From Rhizophagus irregularis (Eukaryota): a stretch of DNA of 64,000 bases. The DNA is taken from contig NC_089433.1 of the NCBI RefSeq assembly GCF_026210795.1, positions 62,001 through 126,000 of the forward strand, in the 5' to 3' direction. A program made the position numbers and the translations under genes. Below are positions 11,992 to 23,750 of the stretch, one piece after another (within the stretch, counting starts at the first letter, position 1; every line of letters starts with the position of its first letter). Below the pieces are notes generated by a model that saw only the letters and a list, made by a program, of their open reading frames with translations, had not been told where the DNA came from and did not search any database.

Positions 11992-12148
11992 AATATAATA
12001 TGCCTATCCTTATTCCTTAATTAAATTGCACTATTTTTAAAATATAATATGCTTATCCTTATTCCTTAATTAAATTGCACTATTTTTAAAATATAATATG
12101 CTTATCCTTATTCCTTAATTAAATTGCAATGTTTTAAAATATAATATA
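11992..12148. repeat. Three copies of a ~49-bp tandem repeat inside the hAT
   Basis: AATATAATATGCTTATCCTTATTCCTTAATTAAATTGCACTATTTTTAA repeated between the two hAT genes. Confidence 0.85.
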
Positions 12149-12322
12149 AAATTACAATTGCCTGCATTGCCTGCATAATTATATGTTAACTGGACTTTGA
12201 TCGCGAATATTTTGCCCTGCATAATTACATCATTTATTTCCTAAATAGTATCATTATTTAAATCACATGATATTAGAATTAATTCTCATTGGATTAACTA
12301 TTGTAATTATTTCTCATTATTA

Positions 12323-14620
12323 TTATTCCTCATTATCATCATAATTATCGTCATTATTATCACCGTCATCCATACCTAATACATCATCTATATCATAATC
12401 ATAGTCACCTTCTCCGGGTCTCTTGTTATTACCACTATCATCAACTTCATTATCTTCCGCATTATTTTCATCTGAATCATCCAATATATCTCTTGGAATA
12501 TCGCCGATTTCACTAGTAATTGAATCATGCGATAAATTAACAAATTGATCAATCCATAGACTTTCGATTACTACACGGCAATTGTCTTCGGGTATTGTTT
12601 CACCGCTTGTAGTTAATATCTGAGTAGAAGCTTGCTCCTCATTATATTCCTTATCGTCATCTTCTGCAAAAGCTTCTGCAATACGTATATTGATCTCATC
12701 ATCACTAAGACGAGTATTCTTTTTTTGATCAATTCCATAAAATCCAAGTTCAGTTTTTGAATTGGATTTCCAATACAAAATTAATTTGCACATGGATTCT
12801 AGTTTATCCACATTAAGATTTAAGCGACGTTTATGAAATAGCCATCCTAAAGTCGAAAATCCACGTTCGCAAGTTGCTGAGTTAGGACATATTGCAAATA
12901 GATAACTTGCAATTCTTGGCAGGGCATCTGGTTCTGGTTCGGTATTAATATATTTCCACCAATTTACGGGATTATCTTTAGCAAAACCGATATCTAGGTC
13001 AAATAGCTCTTGCTCATTAATATATTTCTGTATTTGATCACATAAAGTTTCAGCTTCGTAACGGTCGAAACCTAAATTTTTCCTGATTGAAGCTGCACAT
13101 TTGATAATTCTCATGAGGGCGCATTTTTTAAGTGGCGCATTTCTAAATCTGGGATCCATAAAAAACAAGTAATATACTTATCATCATCGAACTCATCAAA
13201 TCTTTCATTTATTACTTTGATACAATGACTTCAGAATGCAGGATTTAATGATTTGGATAACTTTTTTAATGTAGCTGCAAGTCTTGCCAAGCTCAGGAAA
13301 CAATCTGCAAGTGTAGCTCTTCTCGATTCTAATGAAAATACCGCTTTTCTTAGAGGATCCAGAACAAATCAAGAACTCGTAAATTTGAAAAAAAATTTCT
13401 CGATTGAATAATCGGTTTTATTTTATCATTTGTTAGCACTTTATCGTGATCGCTGGCCATTTCTTCTAGTGCTGATTCCAAATTTATTACTGAATTTACG
13501 GATTTACTAGCAGTAGTCCAGCGTGTCTTGCAATATAATTTTAATCCTCCTCCACTAATTCCTTTTTCTTTAATTATTTGAGCAAGTTTTGCATTAGCCT
13601 GATGAGAACTTCTAAAAAAGGTTGTCAAAATATTAACACGTTTTAATAAACGTTTCCCAAACTTCTCCTTGACGATGTCGCATGCAATTAAATTGATAGA
13701 ATGTGCAACGCATCGCACATTCTCAATCTTTGGATGATTCTCATGTATAATTTTTCATGCATTACGAACATTGGCCGCATTATCGGAAACTACAGCACAT
13801 ATTCAATCTTCTCCAATACCTTCTATAACCTTTTCAATTACCGTAACTAGATATTCTGCAGTGTGCGAATTTTCAGACAAATCAGAAAGTTGATAAAGAT
13901 ATTCTTTACGCGACGGAGTCATTACAATGAAGTTCCAAATTGAACGATGTGTACCAGACGTCCAACCATCAAAGGCTAAATTATAAATTAATATTATATA
14001 GTAAGTAAGATTAAATAAAAATGACGTATGATAGCCTATTTAATTTAACAAACCTAACGTTAAATTCGTTTCCTTTTCAAGCTCAGAATTAACTTTGAAG
14101 TTCACTTGAGCTAATTCACGTTCAAGTAGTTGATTTACTAATACTTCCCTTGTTGGTGTATTGTACCCGGCATTAAGCTCTTTTATAAAATTGATGAAAA
14201 AGGGATGTTCCACTACTCTAAACGCAATTCCGCACGCAATAAAAATTTAACTAATGCACGATTAATTCGTGTACATCTTTGTTCGTTAAGCTCTGTTGAA
14301 TCATGGTAATCATCCATGTTACTTTGACCTTCAGAGTATTTTCTTTTTTTGGATGACTTGGACTTATCTTGCCGTTCCATTACTTTAGCCATATACCTTC
14401 TAACAACTGCTGCTGGCGCATCTGGACAATGGTTTGAAAGATGCTTTTCGAGCTTTGAAACTTCACCGCGTGACCATGTATTCTTACAGTACTTGCAGGA
14501 GGCGGCAAATTTGCCAGAACCAACAGCTTCTTCTTTATTAATATCTTCCCAAATGCTATTAGGTGGCCGACCTCCTCTATTTTTTATTTTAATGGGTGAA
14601 TCTTCTATGTGATCAGTCAT
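12323..14620 (-). pseudogene. hAT transposase pseudogene (BED finger, catalytic core, dimerisation domain)
   Basis: BED finger W..CKYC..HLSNHC; DGWT; VVSDNAANV; RCVAHSINL; CKTRW; WW..PNSATCERGFS. Intron near 13977-14053. TGA stops at ~13803, ~13756, ~13231 and frameshifts at ~14243, ~13371, ~13163. Confidence 0.92.
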
Positions 14621-16286
14621 TTGAAACAGTTTATTATTAATATTATTATTAAGAAAATGGAAGAAAGTAAAAGAAACTTTAATTCAGTGTTAAAGGAGAT
14701 GACGGTATTGGGTTTATTAAATGCATGTTACGCATTTTCCTTTAATGAATATAAGCCCCTTAAAAAAAAACTGTAAAAACGTGTAATATCATAATATTAA
14801 TATGGGAGTTAGAAATGAAAATTCTAACACTAGATAAAGCTTAAAAGAACTAAGACGACGGTAAAATATTGAAGTTTAATCTTTTATTTGTAGATTATTT
14901 GATCATCTAAATTATATTATTAATTGGTTTAACTTGGCGTAACTATATGCAAATCTTATGATCAACTATGCCAAAACTACGGAGAAACCTATTATAGAGG
15001 TTTCGGCATGTTTCGGCAGTTTCGCAATTTTGACAGGTTTCGCAGTTTTGGCGTTTTGGCGTTTTGGCACTATATAAGAGGTTTCACCTTTCGGCATTAG
15101 GCCAAACAGGTTTCGGCAAGCAATCTTAAGCGTGATGTTAAGGCATGTGACGAGATTTATGTGAGTAATTTCACTGTGCCTATTGTACGCGTGATGATTG
15201 TCAAAGATTTTCTCGGCAAAGATCAAAATGCCGATATATAACAAGAAGAGTAATACGTCCATTTTATTTTAAAACATCTATAGAGGTGGGAAAATCGATT
15301 AATATTGTGATGACATGTTTCAAGAAGCTAGCTGAGCAATAAACTAACTTACTTTATTATGACTTTGTGGAAAATGCAAGTTCGTTTGATTGTTAATATC
15401 AATGATTTTATTTTTTTGCTTGATTTTTATTTTACTTGCATGAGGCAGATAAAAGGATTCACTAGCCGGAAATCACCTTTTTATACAATTTGCAGGATCG
15501 ATCTTGGAATATGCTTTTGGAGAAAATTACGTTAATATGAATACATCATGAAAATCTGATCAACAGCTTCTCCTTAATTTAACAATAAAGAATTTAACGC
15601 TATTCATAATCCATATGTAAAGATCATCAAGGGGTCCTTTTACAATAATATACGTAATAATTTTGAGAATATGCGAGAATGTTTGAGAATAAAAGTCCTT
15701 GAATCTTCGCTGGCAATCTTATTGTCCAATAATTTTGTATTAACATGCATATACGCTCGAACAATAAAAAATTAGTATGTATGGTCTAAAAGATTGTTGC
15801 TAATCGCTACGAGAAAAATAATTAACTACATTTCACGGGTCACTCAGTACTCTAAACGTTTTTTATTTGCAATACATTGAGCTAAAATAAATTACATGGA
15901 GCGGGACTAGCCTGGGTATATGATGCCATTCTATGATTGTAGACTATTATACACGATTATTTTTTTGAACGATATTTCTCTATTCTAGCTTGAAGCAAAG
16001 GAGACGTATCCACGATACATGCTATGTCATATGATAATCGTGAAGACTCTTCACACTTCCAACCAATAGAAGCAGAATCTATCAGCTAATCATATGATAT
16101 ACGTGAATTCTCTTCTCATTTCCAACCAATAGATGCAGGATTTAAAGAGTAGATCTACCAATCAATCTGCAAGGTGAGAAAGATAACTCTACCTCTGATA
16201 ATTTTAACCGACTATAAGTAGGAAGGCCAGCAAGAATTTCTCCACTATCGTACTGCGCATTTCAGGTGATCGGCCACATGACCAGT

Positions 16287-16823
16287 CTAAGCCACAATCG
16301 TGAACTTGAATTTATTGTTTGAAGTGTTACAGGTAAGACAATATTCCAACTTATCTTGAGAATACAACTTCGCTAATTCAGGATCATAAGAGAGCTGATT
16401 CCCATTTTCGCAGTACCATTCGCCATGTAATCCATAATTCCCATGTATTCCATCGCAAATAGGACATGGTGAGCTCTACGGCTGAGGTGATGTAAAATCA
16501 TAATTATCAATCCTTCTAAAACTATTTCGGAATTTCAAGTATGGGAAGTGCTCTAAGACGGATTTGATAATTAATTCTGGATTGGGTCTGGCTTCGAAAG
16601 TGATAGGCTTGAAATCAGAGGCTTGACCGGAGGCGCTAAAGCAAGGTTCTGCTAACATATCTATCACAGCTTCCGATAGTTGCCATGGCTCATTTCCAGT
16701 TTGTTTTTTATATTTTTTGTATAATTTGGAACGAATCTTATCCGTCAAAACGCTTGGTAATCCACTTAATTTGGCATGCCAGTCTAGATATTCGGGGGTT
16801 AGTATTTTATTAGACTCTGTCAT
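16287..16823 (-). pseudogene. Zn-ribbon-containing hypothetical gene with internal stop
   Basis: Frame continues past TAG at 16476 as SSPCPICDGIHG...YCLTC..TIVA*, which resembles the C-terminus of the 550-aa neighbour. Confidence 0.65.
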
Positions 16824-16934
16824 TTTTCCTTTTTATATGACTGCAAACAATTTAAATCCCTTTTCTCATATAGACCTATTCATTCGAAAAAAAAGATTAA
16901 AATTCCCAGACGATCCCCAGCCAGAGGGATCAGA

Positions 16935-18587
16935 CTATGCAACTATCTCAATTTCACGCTGTTCACATTTAATAAAGTAAGATCCGGTATTATACGTACC
17001 TTCTATTTCTTCATCATCATGACCTAATTTGCATAATGGGCAGATGTAGTCCCCGCATATTATCGCATCAGTAATCCCATAATAGTCAAAATTTTCAATA
17101 CTACATTCTCTATATAGATTAGGATATTGATCCAATATCTTGTTGCGAAAATAGGAATGATCGGACTTAGATTGGGATGCAGATGATACACTTGCCGATG
17201 TACTCATCTCATCCTTAATCTGATCGTTCCCTGAGGAAACGGGTTTCAAAGTCACATGACACTGATGATCACTAATATATTTTTTTACTTGATCTATGAC
17301 ATTTTGGATTTGTGCATTAGTTAGTTTCGAAATCTCAGTTGCGCTATATGAGACCAACTTGATTTTGTCTATCCCAATTCCATTTTTTCCAAATAACGTG
17401 AGGTGTTTTCTAGCCCTAAGAGTTTTCTTGCGCAAGTTATCTTGTGTGATTTTAGCAGGGAGAAATGGTTTCATTTCCTTGTAAATCTTTGATCTTGCCG
17501 TTTTATCTTTGATTCTACCATCAGCAGTAAGAGCATTTACCCTGCTCTCGAATTCAAGTGAATAATTATACCAGTCTAAGATTTCCTGCTGACCAGACTT
17601 TATTGCTGTATCAAATAGATAGGACAAGTGTTGGGCAGAACCCAAAATCATATTCTCTGATCCATTGCAAGAGGACTTAGTATTGGTAGAGCTGATATTG
17701 TCATCACTGGATATGGGTGAACAGGTGTCAAAGGTACCACACAGCTCTTGTATTAGACCCTGTTCTATGATTTGATTTTTATCTAGCGATTCCTGCTCAT
17801 CATCTTGCTCCATGGATACTTCGAGATCTGGCTTAACTGAAGTCACATGACTCTGATCATTCCCTGAGGGAATGGTTTTTTCGAACTCTTCCAAAATTTC
17901 TAAACTCATCCGATGCACATCCTCATATGAATTTTCAGGATACCTGTTAACTGCTTTTATATCGTGCATCACTTTCAAATCCACCGTGGGAATTTCTTCC
18001 TGAGGGGTATCTGCAATGACCAATTGAGGAGCAACCACCACAGTTTCTGATACATAAGCAGTATCGGAGATGCTGTCCTGGTTAGCCGATTTACGTAAAA
18101 ATTTCTTCTCCTTATTGCGTTGCTTTATTTCACTACTAACGATTTTCTTATGAGCCTCAAGCAAGAAACTATCCATATCTTTCTCTTCCAATGGTTTGCC
18201 ATTAAGGCGCTTCGCAGAGTTGGCAGGTACCATCGCCACCAGTTCTTGTTTATTATAGCAAATCACTTCAGGAAAGGAATTATCTGTTTCCACATCCACC
18301 AATGGTTTCTCATGATACTCTGTAACTGAATTAAAGTTAGATGTACTATTGTCAGAAGGATTATCATTATACGTCTGCTCTTCCACTGGTAAGGAAGCCT
18401 GTTCCACTATCGCAAGTCTGGTCTCAAGCTCCTTATTTTTTTGCTCCAGTTCCTCAACTCTAACATCGCGTCTAGTATTCTCCTCCATAATCCGCTTTAA
18501 AAGTTCAGCTTTTTCGGCTTCAAGCTTGGCATTCTTAGCCTCAAGTTCAATGATACGCTGTTTTAATACTTCAAACTCGGATGGCAT
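16935..18587 (-). CDS. 550-aa hypothetical protein (coiled coil, basic helical domain, C-terminal Zn ribbon)
   Basis: Intact intronless ORF with a heptad N-terminus, KTARSKIYKEMK..NLRKKTLRARK, and CPLCKLGH..YFIKC. Confidence 0.8.
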   Translation of the reverse strand: MPSEFEVLKQRIIELEAKNAKLEAEKAELLKRIMEENTRRDVRVEELEQKNKELETRLAIVEQASLPVEEQTYNDNPSDNSTSNFNSVTEYHEKPLVDVETDNSFPEVICYNKQELVAMVPANSAKRLNGKPLEEKDMDSFLLEAHKKIVSSEIKQRNKEKKFLRKSANQDSISDTAYVSETVVVAPQLVIADTPQEEIPTVDLKVMHDIKAVNRYPENSYEDVHRMSLEILEEFEKTIPSGNDQSHVTSVKPDLEVSMEQDDEQESLDKNQIIEQGLIQELCGTFDTCSPISSDDNISSTNTKSSCNGSENMILGSAQHLSYLFDTAIKSGQQEILDWYNYSLEFESRVNALTADGRIKDKTARSKIYKEMKPFLPAKITQDNLRKKTLRARKHLTLFGKNGIGIDKIKLVSYSATEISKLTNAQIQNVIDQVKKYISDHQCHVTLKPVSSGNDQIKDEMSTSASVSSASQSKSDHSYFRNKILDQYPNLYRECSIENFDYYGITDAIICGDYICPLCKLGHDDEEIEGTYNTGSYFIKCEQREIEIVA

Positions 18588-18830
18588 TATTGATAAATTT
18601 TATATAAGAAGTGAAATATTCAAAAAATAGTTAATATATATAATTATATAGAAACTGTGTCATTGAGAAATAGGTTATAAAGTCATCAGATTTCCGGAAC
18701 TGCGCGGTCTCGGAAAAATGCCAAGAAAAAATTTTATTAATGCATGCGAAAATAAATACAAATGTTCGGGACGTAGCCCGGGATACACGACGAAGTTTTT
18801 ATGCTACTGGTGGCGGACTATTATACATAA

Positions 18831-19939
18831 TTATTCTTTTTCGAAATACCATTTAACCCGTTGCTTCTTCATCGCCAGCTCCTTCTCTACGTCTACCTAT
18901 CCTTTAATAATCCTACAATAACCTCCATTACTCGCTTCACATTCTTATGCAACTCTTTTTCTTCCTCCGAACCTTCTTCCAAGGCAGACTCAGTAAAGCG
19001 GATATTAAGAGGACTTTTACTTGTGCATAATATTCTGTCCGAGGCAAAAAGGATGAAATACCATTCCGTGGCTGTTGTAACGATCCTATAGATATAGTCG
19101 TAGTCATCCCAAATGCTTCACCCGACTTACGTTTTCTCTTATTTTTATTCACCTGTAAGGCACTTTCGCACTGGATCAGATTCTGCGCAAATCCCATAAC
19201 TACTTGATGTAGTTTCCCTTCCGTGATGCAAAGAAGTTCCTCGAGGGCTTTGATTGCGTAGTCAACCCGGCCAGTACTTTCTTCACCAACAACTTCGAGC
19301 TGAGGAGCTAAGGTAAGCTCTTTATCAGTTATTCTTTTGACGATATAGAGCGAAGCATGGAGAATGGTTGAAATGTATTCACAACGCATGGCTTTGTTAC
19401 TATCTGCGAGCATAGTCCTAACTTGCGCTTTATTTCCTTTATACATTGTTGTAACTCCTCTTCTTCGTCTTCAAGTTTGTAGGTCACCTATAAAGAATAA
19501 GAAGTTAATGACTGTGTATGAAATTCCCGCTTTTCTGACAGACTCACCGGTGGAAATTGTCTGATCGTGCCTATACCATTTCCATCTATATCAAACTTTT
19601 TCAATACTTCCTTCAAACTGCGGTATGATGAGAACGCTTTTGATTTTTTATCCTTACACTCCTTAGCGAAGTCAGCAAGTCTTTTCACAGGACCACCTGG
19701 CATTCCATAACTAAGAAACTTCTCTTTGGTAGTCTTGAGGAAATCACGACCATTAACCTCTTACTTTTCTAAAATTTCGAAAACCTTTTCACTAAGCTCC
19801 AAGTCCTCTTCCTTACGCAAGAAATCTATAAGCTCCTTCGTTTTATATTTTTAATTTCGTCCGCCAACGAGACCGTCTCATTTCCAGCTACAGTAGTGGA
19901 GGTGGAAGCTGGAGTATAAGGTGTACTAGTTTCAGACAT
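18831..19939 (-). pseudogene. SAM-like domain plus PD-(D/E)xK nuclease gene, disrupted
   Basis: ELIDFLRKE..EVNGRDFLKTTKEKFLSYGMPGGPVKRL (SAM-like); GRVDYAIK..CITEGK..AQNLIQ..YRIVTTATEWYFIL (REase-like). Frameshifts at ~19853 and ~19105 and a stop at ~19764. Confidence 0.72.
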
Positions 19940-20221
19940 AGTGTTAAGAGATATTGGGCTCAGATAAAAAATAGTGTTACGTTCCAGAGTGAGTTAAAAA
20001 TTTATTTCTGTTTGGGAAGGAAAGGGCTGAGCGTTAATATAAGTTTTTATGTAGCACAGCCATTGCATCATCTCACGTAACCCGTTTTTCATATACGTTC
20101 AATAAAATAATACTTTATTTATGAAATAAAAAACGTTGCCGGTAGCTGGCCTACATTACATAAAAATTGAGACTATATCGCTATTATATGATGTGAATAA
20201 AAAAAATCTAATTATCTTTGC

Positions 20222-20659
20222 TTAGTGCCTTCGGCACCCCTTCAGCGGGAGGGTATACGATAACATTGATTCCCTTTTCACCACCAAAGATACGTTGGGT
20301 TGTATAGGAAAATGAGTAAAAATTGTGTCTTGCGGTTCCATTCTTATTGCACCTCCTACTTCAAATTCACTGATGTTTCTTAAGCTGTTGATTATGATAC
20401 TATCAGCTATAAATGCGACCCTATATAAAGCCAAATTGGTCGAATCTATATCTTGAAATTGATCTAGACGACGGGTTCTGATTGCCTCCGCGAGAGAAGA
20501 GACTCTATTGTTGTTAGCGTTAAATATCGTTACTTCGAAAATATCGTTCACTCCCTCATCAGAAATGAGACAGTTGAGAGTAATATCCCCACTAGCGAGA
20601 AACTTGTCAAGCTTGTCAGGAGTCTTGGTCTTATCAGATTCCTTGGTCTTATCGGACAT
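20222..20659 (-). CDS. Stand-alone Crinkler N-terminal (ubiquitin-like) domain protein
   Basis: ITLNCLI..IFEVTI..VSSLAEAIR..FQDIDSTNLALYRV..IFTHFP. No downstream effector domain seen; the 3' end may be frameshifted. Confidence 0.65.
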   Translation of the reverse strand: MSDKTKESDKTKTPDKLDKFLASGDITLNCLISDEGVNDIFEVTIFNANNNRVSSLAEAIRTRRLDQFQDIDSTNLALYRVAFIADSIIINSLRNISEFEVGGAIRMEPQDTIFTHFPIQPNVSLVVKRESMLSYTLPLKGCRRH

Positions 20660-21337
20660 CTTGCTTTCCTAAATACAAGGCCCATGATGAGAAAAACTCA
20701 CTCGGTCCCAGAGGAACCCTCCCATACATACATAATTTAGGGCATATACATACCTTATTTTGCGTTATTTTCTCTGGGAAAGTTTTTTGCGGAAAGTTGG
20801 CTGAACTTCCACATACCACTACATGCTTTATATCTTGCTGGAAAAAAGTTAAGGAGGTATGAGGCGTAATTAGTATTGTTGTCTGATGCCAAGAGTTCTA
20901 TGAAAGCATATGTAAACGGATTCCTCATACCTTTTCACATGTTGATCTACCGGAAAGACAGTTGGTTTTATGCCTGGCGATCTCGGAATTGCAAGTCCCT
21001 TAGCCTTTCATAATATATGCTTTTGTCGTCACTATTAACTTATAGGGAAGGTCCTGTCTTGCATGTAGACCTCCTTTCACATTTTTCTCATGTTTGTTCG
21101 GGAAAAAAATAGAGATACTGGTTAGCATATATATTTTCTTTTCGTTATATGCAAAAATTAATATGTCGCACAAGACCTGATTGATGATCCACATTTTTTG
21201 TCGCACAATCTGGCCAAAGGCGCTGTGCATGGCTCAGCAAATTCTTCCGAGCTGAAGATCACTACTCCGGGCTGATGAGCAGTATTCCGAACTCAAAATT
21301 TCCCGCATTAAATATACCTTGACTTATTATAGCAATC

Positions 21338-21955
21338 ATGACAAGTAATACTAATAGTAAAACTGTTCCAAGTGAAACACTTGCTCAAATATATGAATTG
21401 TTTTTATATAAGAAGAAGGATATAATAGCAATTCAGGAAAAATTAGGTATTAATGGCGATACAAATCGCAAGATAGAAAAAACACTTGCCGATTCATATA
21501 AGTTATTTCTACATTTAGTGGAAGAAATGGTTCCAATACAGGAAATGCTCGGCATTGTTGGAAATCCTATTCTAGCAGTGGTACTTCGAAGCGATAAAGC
21601 CTGCGAAGCTTCTGCAAAAATATCATTTTCAGAATTATATAACTGGTTTTTATATTTGAAAGAGGATGTAATGGCAATTCAAGAAAAACTTGGTATTATC
21701 GGCTATACTAATCAAGCAATAACAGAAGAAGCTGATAAAAATGCAAGAATAATTCTCCGAAAGTTTGAGGAATTCCACGGTCCCTTAGAAGATGATCTAG
21801 GTGTGATATTACCGAAATATGGTGAAATGGGTGTAAAGAGAATTATGTTTACTGGAGAGGGGCTTCCATTATTTCCGAGGGTCTCTCCTCAACAATTGCA
21901 CGAAATATTTGTCAAAAATCCAGCTAATACCAGTCGTCTAGAACAGGTTATTTAA
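21338..21955 (+). CDS. 205-aa hypothetical protein with three internal ~28-aa repeats
   Basis: Intact ATG-TAA ORF; Y..FL....IQE.LGI.G occurs three times. Confidence 0.75.
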   Translation: MTSNTNSKTVPSETLAQIYELFLYKKKDIIAIQEKLGINGDTNRKIEKTLADSYKLFLHLVEEMVPIQEMLGIVGNPILAVVLRSDKACEASAKISFSELYNWFLYLKEDVMAIQEKLGIIGYTNQAITEEADKNARIILRKFEEFHGPLEDDLGVILPKYGEMGVKRIMFTGEGLPLFPRVSPQQLHEIFVKNPANTSRLEQVI

Positions 21956-22017
21956 TCTATATTTTTTTGGCTCAGAAAAAAATCTTCCAAGCCTGGTCCT
22001 AAAGGGACCGCTGATGA

Positions 22018-22360
22018 TCACAGCTCCGGATTAGTTAGATCAGTAGAGTACCAGCATTCTGCTTGATCGGCTAGTATTCTATCAACAGCTCTCGATATTA
22101 AGGTGGATTGAGTCAGAAATTGACTATTTATAGCTATAGATGTATTGGAATATCGACTAAGTAAATCACTAAGTGCTCCAATCAGATCAGGAGTTGTTAT
22201 AGTACTCACGAAATTCTCGACATGGGTATTTGGATTAAGTGAAACGAGCCGATCTATGGCTTCTTTGCTAATATTTTCACATCCTTTCAGATCGAGATAT
22301 TTTAAATTAAGACATGAACAAGTAATTTCTTTGATAGTCATATCACTAATTTCAAAAATC
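22018..22360 (-). pseudogene. 5'-truncated cysteine-containing (RNI-like/F-box-type) LRR gene fragment
   Basis: [33 protein letters not shown] matches the LRR_CC pattern; no upstream LRR or F-box exons seen. Confidence 0.6.
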
Positions 22361-23029
22361 TAAGGCTAGAATTTGAGAATATAAATGAATGGATGCCATT
22401 CAAAATTTATCAAATATGTGGCTTAATATGCCTGTTCGGGTGCGGTACATAGCGTTTTATTATATGAATTTGTTATACCAACACGGTTCTGTAAACAGGT
22501 TCGTTATATCCAGAATTGACTGTATTGGTTAAGCATTAATAGTTACAAAGAATCTATTTCCCTCTAGACACATTTTACTTTAGAAGCAAAAATTACTTTA
22601 TGTAATCGTAAACCAGCTTAACAGCAATTGCGGTCAATTGCATTATTCTTTACTCATAATCAGGCTTCCACGCCCAACCCAATAATGGAAGAAACTTCCA
22701 TTTAAATGATGTCTGTTAATCTGATTTCCATGGTGGAGGTCAGGTCAACATAATTTTTTATTAACTGAAAAAAAATTGAGCATTTTTTATATCAGGTAAA
22801 TAAATTTCACAAACGTAATTATAACATTCCCAATCGTCATTCAGCTTTCATTGCAATATTATCTGTTATAAAATATTTTGTTTCATCAGCAAATAGAACA
22901 GGAAGAGAGTATAAAAAAATCATTATCTAGTATGTAAAGTATAGTTAGTATAAAACAACTCTAGCAAAATATACTTACATTAGAGTTATATTATACTCAA
23001 CACCGTCACACTGCGATTGGATATTAACT

Positions 23030-23591
23030 TCAATTATCATCAATTTCTTCAACTTCACGCGAATGTTTATTTCGATCACATTCAAAACATTTAAATAATC
23101 TTTCGCATTCATAACATTTTTGGTCCCATCTCATGACGAGTGCTACGGAGATGAGTGGTGTAGGGTCAAGAAGATGTGTAGTGTATGGTCTCCTATGTGC
23201 CAGTTTACACAGGCGATAAATAACGCGACGGGCCAAACACGTGATTTGGAGTGAGCCAAAATGCTAATCATCACCTGTGTATGGTTCACACCCCTTATTT
23301 TACACACTGTTACACACTGCTAAATATCACCATACACCACACAGCCCTACACCACTGGTATTCGTCTTACCGTCTCATGACCCATCTGTTATATACAATG
23401 GATTGTTTTAGATACAAAAAAAAAACTAAAAAACTGAAATAGGAAGATAAGAAGATAACTTACTTTCTTCCCTGATGCGCTGGATTCCCGCACACCCATT
23501 CATGATTCACGCAGTGTCCTTGTTTGGACGCGGTTCTAGTAATTTTATGACACGTCTCACAATGGTGCTTGGACGGGAACCTTGTTGGCAT
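23030..23591 (-). CDS. Putative small spliced Cys/His-rich protein
   Basis: Exon 1 MPTRFPSKHHCETCHK..HCVNHEWVCGNPAH ends at a GTAAGT donor; a micro-exon near 23370-23385 ends at GTAAGA; last exon CYECERLFKCFECDRNKH. Final acceptor uncertain. Confidence 0.4.
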
Positions 23592-23750
23592 TATTGAATT
23601 ATTTCGTAAGTGGGCTTCTCTAAATAATTTGATCTTGTTACATCACTGATTTTTAATTTATAGGCTGGTACTGTAGTACAAGGTCAAACCCAAAATTGCG
23701 GTATTGTGAGAGTTTGAGAGTTTGAGAGTTTTTTTTCTCAATTTATTTTC

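Larger units (their letters stand above)
10386..15128 (-). mobile_element. Full-length inactive hAT DNA transposon (4743 bp) with a second gene
   Basis: TIRs TAAGGTTGCTTGCCGAAAC / GTTTCGGCAAGCAATCTTA; perfect 8-bp TSD AGCGTGAT (10378-10385, 15129-15136); subterminal CGAAAC repeats. Confidence 0.95.

Noticed and set aside
14966..15262. 98-aa ORF with hydrophobic N-terminus
   Set aside because: Spans the hAT terminus and its subterminal repeats; likely spurious.
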